From the NCBI RefSeq assembly GCF_018977255.1, contig NW_024704783.1:124001-188000 (forward strand): 64,000 nucleotides of DNA, written 5' to 3'. Shown one piece after another: positions 11,772 through 21,448 of this stretch. The position numbers and the translations under genes are program-made. The first letter of the stretch is position 1; the number at the start of each line of letters is the position of its first letter. The notes beneath the pieces were generated by a model that saw only the letters and a program-made list of their open reading frames with translations, was not told the DNA's origin and made no database searches. The stretch comes from Callorhinchus milii. Lineage: Eukaryota.

Positions 11772-12707
11772 ATGAGGCTCTTTGCTGTCTGTCTTGTGCT
11801 GGGAACCTTTAAGTCAGGTGAGGCCGTGTTGAGATAATTCAGTGTTGCTGCTGATTGTCAGCTCCATTTCAGCAACAATTATTGGAGGGAGACCTGTAGC
11901 TCAGTGTTTAGTGCCTTCGACTCGTACGCGATAGTATGTGGGTTCCATTCCCGGACAGGATATAGCAGAAACATAGGCATATTTGCTTACACCATTCACT
12001 CGTCTCTGTTAATATGTCGGACTCTGGTGACTTCATTAGCCTTTGATCATATACTGTAATAAAAATTTTCAAATAACAATCATTTCTTAACCTTTTTCAG
12101 TGGATAACAGTCTCAAAGCGGTTCACAGTAAAGGGTAATGACTATGTATCTGGTGGATGTCCCTCAAATAATTATGGATTGACGGATCACATTATTATTG
12201 CCATTATGGTGAATGGATTATTATCCCCGGAAAAGCGATCCGCCAATCGACGGACAAGCTGGTTCCTACGTAATGCTGGGAAAGCAGAAGCGTGTGTGTG
12301 TGTCTGTGTGGAATAAGCAAACTTGCCTAAGTTTAACCATGTCCAGTCCGGGAATCGAACCCGGATCCTTTCGCTAACGAGGTGAACGCTATAATCACTG
12401 AGTTACAAGACTCCACGTTCTGGCCTTTCAGGTCACTGCCTTCCGTGACTGGGAAAGAAGCAGGAAATGTGACCATGGAATATCATTATGATACTTCTCT
12501 CAGCGGCTACTATTTATACTGGTATCGAGCACAAGAAACACACCCTGAGTATATACTTTGGAAGGTTTCTGATGGCGGCACTGATAAAGCAGACTTTGCT
12601 AAAAAGCGGTTCTCTGTTGAACTTCAGACCTCGACAAAGTTCACCACTTTAACCATCTCCCTGATGGAGCTGTTCGACAGCGCTGTGTATTACTGTGCTC
12701 TCAACCA
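11772..12707 (+). pseudogene. TCR alpha/delta-type V gene (V2), leader plus V exon, non-functional
   Basis: Leader 11772-11817 (MRLFAVCLVLGTFKS, 46 nt, G|GTGAG). The V exon reads SLPSVTGKEAGNVTMEYHYDTSLSGYYLYWY...RFSVEL...DSAVYYCALN. Cys23 is Tyr (TAT 12481), Trp41 is at 12520 and Cys104 at 12694. A SINE (about 12105-12415) sits at the exon start, and splicing to the AG at 12430-12431 is out of frame. Confidence 0.9.
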
Positions 12708-12746
12708 CACAGTGATGGGAACCAGTCAGAGACTCGTACAAAAACT
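12708..12746 (+). promoter_or_regulatory. Canonical 23-RSS of V2
   Basis: CACAGTG (12708-12714), 23 nt, ACAAAAACT (12738-12746). Confidence 0.95.
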
Positions 12747-12904
12747 GACGGTTTGTGGATCTGTCTCTCTGGGCCGCAGCAGCCTTTTCCTGTGGAAAGG
12801 GCGACGAAACAGATACACAAAGACAACAGCACATTAACAGCACAACTGATTGTCACACATAACAATCCATTATACCAAGAGAGAAGCATAGATCAACTGC
12901 TCAT

Positions 12905-13262
12905 ATTCCTGATTGATATTAAGACGTCTCAAAGCGCTTCACAAAATATATTGTAAAGTGAATTTATAGTATATTCAGCGTGCGAAATTGCTCACATCAG
13001 TGTCCCAGAAACAGTCATGGATTGAGTAATCATTATATTTTTTTNCATTTATTATTTTTGGAGGGATTATTACCCTGGAAAAGCAATATGGCATTCGATT
13101 ACCCACCAGGTTCCGACTTAACGTTAGTTAAACAGAGGCGTGTGTGGCGAAATGGTACTTGCTCAACCTCTCGCCCTGCTGGCAATCAAACCCGGTTCCT
13201 CTTGTTTGACTTGTAATATACCGTCAACCACTCTAACCACTGAGATACAGGACTACAGTAGA
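12905..13262 (-). mobile_element. tRNA-derived SINE
   Basis: Same family head, core and tail, diverged. Confidence 0.7.
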
Positions 13263-13971
13263 TATGCATTGCGTTTTGGGATGCAATGCTTTTAGTAGAA
13301 TCCATATTAGCTTTCAAAAGGATATAATACGAACACCTTAACAGGCCTCATGCTGGAAATAGTTGAAATTCACGCTATTTTCTGTTAACCCAAAGCCTAG
13401 CATTTGAAAATTGACCTGATTATATCATAGAGAAGAGTGGTCAAGCTTCGTACATTTTAGTCCCTTCCAAAAAATACTAGTCACTCAAGGCATGGCTGTT
13501 TGCGGGACACTGCTGTGCGTAATTGTCTGCCGCGTTTTCCCCGCAACATATACAGTCAACTCACTTTACAGTGTATTGGGTGAATCTCTTTGAGACGTCT
13601 CAGAGACGTGATCAGACGGTATATTACAAGAAAGTGTTAGTATCTCCAGGAGTATGGAGAAAGCGCAGGTAAGTGGGACTGAAATGGTTATTTAAACCGG
13701 AAGCAGCCCATAAGCAATGGGTTCTGTGTCCATCTTCTGTGCCTGAAACTGTTATTTTTCTGAGGCTGAAACTACAATGGCTGAATAGCTTTCTGTAACC
13801 GAAAATGTGTAGAGATATCTCGTCATATTTCCTGCCTGACGTGATTTCCTTTCTACTTCCCGTCTGGGATGTTGCAGTTATCTACCTCCAATGACTGATA
13901 AACTACATAAAGTTTAGCAACAGCTCGTGCCCTTCCTTTCTGCTTCATGTTGCATTGCAGGCAACGAAAAC

Positions 13972-15129
13972 ATGCTGCCGTCCAAGTCGATAGAATTCAA
14001 GTGTGTTGTCCTGTTTGCATGGACCTTCATTATAATCGGTAAGAGGTTTACATTTGTTACCGTGACACTGTATGAACCTGGCTCAGTGGTAAACACTCCA
14101 GCAGATGAGAGAAGGTTGTCAGTTGAAGACCGATCAGTGAGGCTTTGAGGTCACAGTCCAGGCTGACACACCAGTGCAGGTTTCATTCTCATGCTGGGTT
14201 TTACCCGGCATTGTCAAAGGCGCTGACCTATAATGAAAACCCTAAACAATTCTGATAGTTTGTTGAATCAGAAAGATCCCGGGATAGTAACAATCCTTGC
14301 ATTTGATACAGCGCCTTATCATGTATTCGAAACGTCTCAAAGCACTTCACGCAATATACTTTAAAATGAATTGGCTGTAAGCTTTTTAGGTCAAATACAG
14401 CAGCCAATTGGACACAGCTGTGTCCCACAAAGAGTCGTGGATTGAGTGACCAAATTATTATTATTCTCTTGAATGAATTATTACCCCCCGGAAAATCGAT
14501 CCGTGATTCAACCAAAATTTAATTCAAGGTAAAGATTCTTGTGGAGTAAGGAAACTTGCCCAACGTTTCGCCCTGCCGGGAATTGAACCCGTGTCCTCTC
14601 GCTGGCGAGTCGAGTGCTCTAATTTCTGAGCTACAGGACTCCGTTGCACTATTTTGACAGGGTATCGAGTTGCTCCTCATATCATGGGCAACCTTATACC
14701 AAAAAAGCAGGAACATTCACTTGCTTCACCGCTATTTATATGACTGATGGCTTCTGTCGTCTCCCATGGTCGTGCGAAACCACTAATGTTTGACACTCTT
14801 GTTCCAGGTATGAGCCGAGTAGATTCCGTATCTCAACAGTTTACATCGGTCAACATGAAAATGGGCTAAAGGTTTGAAGATAACTGTACCTGTTACAAAA
14901 CAGCTCAATTTTATGACTTGTACTGGTGCCAACAATATTCTGGCAGAACAGCCCAACTGGTTCTTTGGTGGAGTGCTTCAAACAGCAACGGCAAAGGGAA
15001 GGACATCAGCAACCGTTTTTCTTCCAAAATGAGTAAACCTGATAAAATAATCTTTATAACCATCACTGATGTTCAGCCGGGTGACTCTGCAATGTACTAC
15101 TGTGCTTTCGCTCGCTCGGTAAGGTACAC
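13972..15129 (+). pseudogene. TCR alpha/delta-type V gene (V3), pseudogene
   Basis: Leader 13972-14038 (MLPSKSIEFKCVVLFAWTFIII, G|GTAAGA, phase 1). The V exon from 14808 reads GMSRVDSVSQ..KMG*..NCTCY..DLYWCQQ..RFSSKM..DSAMYYCAFARSVRY, with an in-frame TAA at 14867-14869. A SINE lies in the intron (about 14290-14645). Confidence 0.9.
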
Positions 15130-15164
15130 CACAGTGATAAGAGTTACATTCTCGTACAAAAACT
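15130..15164 (+). promoter_or_regulatory. RSS of V3 with abnormal 19-nt spacer
   Basis: CACAGTG (15130-15136), 19 nt, ACAAAAACT (15156-15164). Confidence 0.85.
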
Positions 15165-16361
15165 GTCTTGGCTATAAGATAAAGGCATTCGTCCCGATGA
15201 GATGGGGGTTTCACTGCAGTATAAAAGCAACTCTGCTTCTGACTGGAAAGGAAACCGCATCAAGCTTACAATAAACTGTCCGCTAACTGATTAATCTCGG
15301 GAAATCTCTCCCTCAATCGCACCGTCTTCCAGCCTCCCTCATCTCTTCCAAATTCCACTTGAAGATTTTCCATTTTGATCGTGTTTACGGTCACCTCTCG
15401 CTCCCCGCCTCACTGACTCTGGGGTCACTGTCAAGCACTCGCTCCAGGGCGCTAAGATGTGCGCAGGGCGCAATATTCCAACACAAAACACCTAAACATT
15501 CTTTCCACTCCCTCCGCTTAGCGGGCTCCAGCCTGCTTCGCATCCCCCGACCAGCCCATATCTAGCCCCACAGTGTCCCTGCGCCCTGTTCGCCCCCTCT
15601 GTTGCCACAGTCAACATCCATGCAAGTTGTCGTTGTTGTTGTCAGCAAGCGGTAGGAACTTGTCCAGCCGAAATTACTCTATGAAAGTCCCAAGTTATTA
15701 ATTTTTTTGTTAGTCGGTTGCTTGGCACAAGAAGAAACCCATGACCGTTGCTTAAGAACATCCATACCCAACAATGAATTCCACGCAACCCACCTACATA
15801 TGGAAACTCCAGAGGTTGATTGTTCATAATAATAATAATAGTAATAATATTAAGCCTTGCACACCTTATCTCGTGGTTGCGATGTCTCCCCGCGCTTCAC
15901 AGAATACACTGTAAACCAGAGTGACTGTGTCATGGCTGTGTGGACTTGAGACTGATGTGGCCATCGGCATATTAAGATTGATCTGCATTGCTCGAAGGGC
16001 TCCCCTTGCCTTCTTTTGGGATACCGTGTAGAGGAAATCTGCTGCTGCACTTCCCTGGTTTCCTTTTGAAAATTGCACAGAATTATTATACTCCAACATA
16101 GTAGATTGAAGGGATCAAATTTTAACATCTCATTCGAAGTCTGACACCTCCCACACAACAGCGACGCATCAGAACACCATATTATAATATAGAGGTCCAA
16201 ATCCGGAGATGGGGCCCAGAAAACATATTTTGTTCTGCCTCAGAGGAGGTACCCATCAGAGGAGTGTTCAATATTGATTCCAATTTTTTTTACGCACATT
16301 CAGGACGTCACCTAATATCTCAAATCTTCACGTCAATTATTGTACTTACTCGCTTGGAAAG

Positions 16362-16785
16362 GTGGAGCTTATATACTTTGCGCTGTTCAATTGAATATTA
16401 TTGGGCCTAACTTATAAGTCAGTCTGACTCATCCCTGAAACGATTTGGGGATATAACTCTGTCCTTTGTGTAACAGCGAATAACATGTTCTCTTGCTATA
16501 GGAACAGCAATTGAATCAGATGGAAGTGTCTGTTATTAATAGCAAGAATATATCACCGAGCTTCACCTACTGCTGAATCCAACTATCTTTTAATACTCTT
16601 GTACTGTCCGCATCCAGTGGAGCCTCTACTGTACACACGGAGACATGATTATGATGGGGAAACTTTCAGTGCTCAATTGCACTGAAAGTGCAAATACTGA
16701 AACACAAACTTTCACCACTATTCTGGACAAGAGCAGGAATAGATCCATTGTAACTGTGCTCCCCTTTGCTCTATCTGACACGGAT
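16362..16785 (+). pseudogene. Highly decayed V gene (V4)
   Basis: Leader-like stretch ending TATAAGTCAG (16422; compare V2 TTTAAGTCAG) with the donor lost. Acceptor CTATAG at 16501. Fragments FTY..SNYL, LLYT, DYDGETFSAQL (compare V1 RFSAQL) and TTCACCACT..TGTGCT (16755). Multiple stops and frameshifts. Confidence 0.5.
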
Positions 16786-16786
16786 A

Positions 16787-17114
16787 GACCTGTGGAGTCC
16801 TGTAGCCCAGTGGGTAGAGGACTCGGTTTGCAAGCGGGAGACCGGAGTTCAATTCCAGGCAGGGCGAAACCTTGGGCAAGTTTCCGAACTACACACGCCT
16901 AATAATCATCCTCCAAAACCAAAAGCATTAATAATAATTTGGACATTTCCAATCTACGACTGTGTGTGGGACATTGCTGTGCGCAACTGGCTGCCGCGTT
17001 CGCCCACAAATATACAGTCAGTTAACTTTACAGTGTTTTCTGAGAAGCGTTTTGGGACGTCCTCCGGACTTGAATAAGCGCAATATCAAATACAAGGATT
17101 ATTAATATTATTAT
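16787..17114 (+). mobile_element. Full-length tRNA-derived SINE
   Basis: Head GGAGTCCTGTAGCCCAGTGG..GGAGTTCAATTCC (A and B boxes), core GCGCAACTGGCTGCCGCG, tail GGGACGTCCTCC..GGATTATT. Confidence 0.9.
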
Positions 17115-18412
17115 ACGTATCACTGTTCCATTACACAAACTATGTTTCTGTCAGAAAACAACGCTCTACAGAAACTTCCATAGAGGAGACAAAGGGATTC
17201 ATGCCTTCACAGAGGTTAGTGCTGACTTTGCTGCTTTTTTCTCTCTGATGAATCACTTCACTAATTCTTTTTCTTTCTTTTCTTTTTCAGCGAAGTTCAC
17301 TTTCTGACTGACTTCAATGGGGAGCTCAAGAATTCCAAAACGATATCTTGAAAGCGACCGAATGGCTTTAGGTTGTCTTTCAAAAGCGCACCGTTAATTG
17401 CAAGTTGATCTCGCTGCAGTAGTCGGAAGCCCATCTTCGCGAGATGGTCGGGATACATTGAACGATTCCTTTTGTTGATGTCAAACAACATCAGCTGTCT
17501 ATTTACTTTTATATAGTTTTCTTTTAGAAAATAGCATTATGGGATATGCTACATAGGTAGTATGGGACATATGATATGCGAGCGCCATGAGGTGGGAAGT
17601 GGAACGAGATGGACATTGATCTTTATCGTCTTGCATTTGGTATATTCTTATCAGTAAACAGTCAACATGGTGGGCAATTGCATACAGCAGTTTCCCACAA
17701 ACAGTATTGAAATGAGTGAACAGTGATTTCAAAAATGTATGTATATATTTTTGAAGGTATTATTAAGGGACTAATTTTGAAGGCTTTCCCTTATACATAC
17801 AATCAAGTCACTTTACAGCATAATCTATGAAGCGATTTGAGACGTCTACAATAAGTGAAAAGCGCGATATCAAATTTAAGCATTACATTACTATAATTGT
17901 CCTCGAAAAAGCTATCCGGCAATCGACTAGAAGCGAAATCCTAATTAACGTGAGATAAACGGAGGCGTGCGTAGTCAGGAAAATTGATGAGGACCTTCAG
18001 TTGTCATACGAAGGCTGGACAGGTGTTGGTGTGATCAAGGACGAGAGATAAAGGCAGGGAGTTCCACAGTTTTACAACGTAGTGCCTGAAAGCAAAGCCA
18101 CTGATTGTACTATGGGGGTGAGAGCGAGCGACATGCAGAAGATTGTGGCCGATAGAGCAAGGGGTGGTGGGAAATGGCTTGTGATGGATAGTGGTTCGGA
18201 TTGTATGAGAATTTAGGAGGTGATCGGCGGGAGATGGGAGATTGCTACCGTCTCACACAAAGAAGGAAAGTGCATTGGACGACTGGGTAATACCGACAAT
18301 ATTGTCGAAACGTATTAAGACCTAGAAATCCCCAAACTCTAATTTCATCACAAAATTGTCATAGAAATGAAGATTCGTGGAAAACGTAAGCATTCCACCA
18401 ACGTCTACAAAG

Positions 18413-18494
18413 CGACGAGGGTGGAATTCGAACCCACGCGTGCAGAGCTCAATGGATTAGCAGTCCATCGCCTTAACCACTCGACCACCTCGTC
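18413..18494 (-). tRNA. tRNA-Ser (GCT), variant copy
   Basis: Minus strand GACGAGGTGGTCGAGTGGTTAAGGCGATGGACTGCTAATCCATTGAGCTCTGCACGCGTGGGTTCGAATTCCACCCTCGTCG, 82 nt, anticodon GCT. It has T at the invariant C61 and a mismatch in the variable arm. Confidence 0.9.
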
Positions 18495-18989
18495 TCCTGC
18501 AGTAATTTTCAAAACTTGATTTAACAAACGACATCGCGGTATAACGATGAATCAATACAATGCATCAGAAATGCCATGATCAAAGGCAAGGATTATTGCT
18601 TCACCTTGTTAATGTCATGAAGTGGGATGTCCGCAAAGAAGTTAAATAATATTGAAACGGTAAGTATTTGAACTCGGACCCAATACGTTGTAAGAGGACG
18701 GCGGCCTGAACGCAGCACAATAAACCACCTTTCAGTTCTGACACAATCTCTTATCGACGGTTGACACAAAAATAATAACGGCCATTTGTTTGTGCCCAAC
18801 ACGCAGCTTAACGGACCGGATCACTTACAATGCATCACAAAGGAAGGGAAAGTGTTGCCACGATACGAAAATTTTCTACATGATAAAGGAAGTGAAACGG
18901 GAACAGCTCTCTTTGCATCCACTGCACAATTTCGTATGTTCAAATTTAAGCTTATCTGTTATATTGAACATTTGCAAATCTCTGGTTTG

Positions 18990-19290
18990 GCCTCAGCTGG
19001 AGCACATTGCCCAAATTGTGGAACCACTGTGTCCGGAAGGGCGGCAGAGCCTTGGAAAGCGTAGACAGGATTGACCAAAACATGCGCAAGAGCTGACGGA
19101 AGAAAGTTATATGAAGAGGCTATAGAAGTTAGGATAATTCCTCCTTTAGCAGGGACGGTGGAGGGAAGAATTAATAGAGTTTGATGAATGAAGTTTTATG
19201 TTTTTAAAATAATGAGGGTGTTTGACAGTGCAGATAGTGTGAAAGTGTTCCGTCTGACTGGTAGATTGTACCTTTTTAACTACACTGGAT
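18990..19290 (+). mobile_element. CR1 LINE 3' fragment, degenerate
   Basis: Similar to the CR1 RT C-terminus (RPQLEHCxQFW..ALE..RL..LG). Confidence 0.65.
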
Positions 19291-19735
19291 GTGTGTGGCT
19301 GCTACGCTTCTGTGGTATCATTTAGGCTTTGCGAATAAGGCATTTTGAAAGAAAACACAACGATCGAGTGTGTTACAATATCCTGTAGCAGAACGAAAAA
19401 TTTAAATGCTTTCTCGCACACTTCTCAGTTGAAAAAGCGTTGCACGTTAAATCGAAAGGTTTTCGCTTGAATCCGGAATAATATTTACTCAGTTATATTG
19501 TAAATCATAATTTCTGTCTTTCCCAACCATGGTTTTGCAAAATCTTACTAATGGAAAGCACTATTGGTAGAAATGAAAACAGAAGATTAATTACCACTAT
19601 ATTTAGCCTTTTTTATGGAAAATCTGATGTCATGCGAATACGGAGAATCCTTTCAATAAGATCTTTCCCCAAACTGCCATTTTAAGAACTCTTATAATTT
19701 AGAAATCGACCTTCACAATGCAACTGGCAACAGCT

Positions 19736-19817
19736 GCTGCGATGGCCGAGTGGTGAAGGCGTTGGACTTGAAATCCAATGGGAATTTCCCGCGCAGGTTC
19801 GAACCCTGCTCGCAGCG
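19736..19817 (+). tRNA. tRNA-Ser (TGA), intact
   Basis: GCTGCGATGGCCGAGTGGTGAAGGCGTTGGACTTGAAATCCAATGGGAATTTCCCGCGCAGGTTCGAACCCTGCTCGCAGCG, 82 nt, with a perfect 7-bp acceptor stem, anticodon TGA and a long variable arm. Confidence 0.95.
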
Positions 19818-19822
19818 TTTTT
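19818..19822 (+). terminator. Pol III terminator
   Basis: TTTTT immediately after tRNA-Ser(TGA). Confidence 0.85.
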
Positions 19823-20009
19823 GCGATGGAATCTCCTGCAGCCATGAAACGGAGATGTGATGATTGTGAAAACAAACATCACGTATCTTCTTCAATAATG
19901 CATCTTATTTGACCCGTTTAACTCACTTCAATGTAAAGCATTCTCCACGTCAACTTCTAATTAGTTGTGTTGATCATCTCATTGGCAACAAGGTTAGCGC
20001 ATTGCAGCA

Positions 20010-20455
20010 TTGATTTCAAGATTCTCTTCCTCACCTACAAGGCCATTCACGGCCTTGCTCCCTCCTACCATTCTGACCTACTATCCCCCTACCTACCTGC
20101 CCGTACCCTCCGTTCCTCTGGCTCTGGTCTGCTCCACAACCCCCGCCCCAACAGCCCTCCAATTTGTGGCCGGGCCTTCAGCCTCTCAGCCCCTAGGCTT
20201 TGGAACTCTATCCCCCAGTGCCTTCGCCTTGCCTCCTCCCTTTCCTCCTCCGAGGCCGGTCTCAAGACCTTTCTCTTTGACGGAGCCTTCGGCTCCCCTC
20301 TCGACTCTCTACCCCCTCCTCGCTCCCTCCCTTCCCTCACCTCACCCTGACCATTTCCCCCTGCTCGGGTCCTGACTCAACTGTACAGCGCCTTGGGACG
20401 TCCTCCTGACGTGAAAGGCGCTCTATAAATGGAATCTTGTTGTTGTTGTTGTTGT
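20010..20455 (+). mobile_element. L2 LINE 3' end
   Basis: IDFKILFLTYKAIHGLAPSY...SLSAPRLWNS, followed by the L2 tail and (TTG)n. Confidence 0.9.
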
Positions 20456-21448
20456 CAGACAAAACAACAACAACAAAAACAAAACGATTACATTTGAATA
20501 GCGCCTTTCCCTCGGGAGGACTTCTCAAGTATCTGGAAACTGTTAACATACGCAACTTGCGACGAATACCAAAAGAAGGAGAATCTTTGCGTCTGTTATA
20601 GTTTCCTTTTGGTTCGATAAGACACATCAAATCGCAGAAAAGGACACACTCACAAAGTCCCACATTTTTATCTGGCGAAGTTCCATGTCAATAAAATTAT
20701 ACAAACGATATAAGCAATGTCTCCGTCGCCGTTTGTTGGTGGAATAAGTAAGATCAACTTGCAAAATGTCACAAAGGCTGGACAGTCCAACCGATACGGC
20801 CATGTTTTAGGCACCCTAATACGTTTTTGCTATAAAATGTTCTCATGGCTAACACGATGCTATACGGATTGTATTATGGTAAATATGGATAGCATCTGCG
20901 GAAGGATAATGTCATTTGGAGGTTGACGAGAACCACGGGGCACGGCCCTTGAGCGCATGAGAGTAACTGAAGAACTTTTACAGCTCGACCCGCAGAGCTA
21001 ATCATTGCATTAAATGCTTCAAAATCTTTTGGCTGGGAAAAGTCTACGCATTCGAACTTTGCTGTGTTCAGCAGAGGCCAAGTGAAGAAGGATCATCGAT
21101 GTCAATGACCGGATGAAGCTACATTTCCTGCCGATGAGTCAATCTGGCAGTTCTGTCAAACACTGAGCCCTGAAGATTTGTGGACACGTCCTTTTCAGGA
21201 AAAGGACAACCGACATTGTCAGAGAGGATTGCCTTGATTACGTAATTTCATTGCAATGCAACAACCGTGGATCCAGCTCAGCTGCCAGAAGACTCCCTCA
21301 TACCCTTATCCCAGAAGAGTAATGTTTTGTTTAGTTGATTTAATCTTAGCCATTTCTAGATGATCGGCCTTTTGGGACTTTTCTATCTTACTGTATCAAA
21401 GCAAATCTATCCAATGTCTTGGATTCAGTACATCCTTTGCTTTTCAAC

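Noticed and set aside
11885-11960. tRNA-like sequence (also at about 16795, 22675, 49625 and 53411)
   Set aside because: These are A/B-box heads of the tRNA-derived SINE, with no complete cloverleaf or acceptor stem.
17201-17500. Leader-like MPSQRLVLTLLLFSL followed by a strong polypyrimidine acceptor at 17290
   Set aside because: No GT donor, the intron would be only about 44 nt, and no frame downstream gives V or C motifs. It may be a very old relic but I cannot support it.
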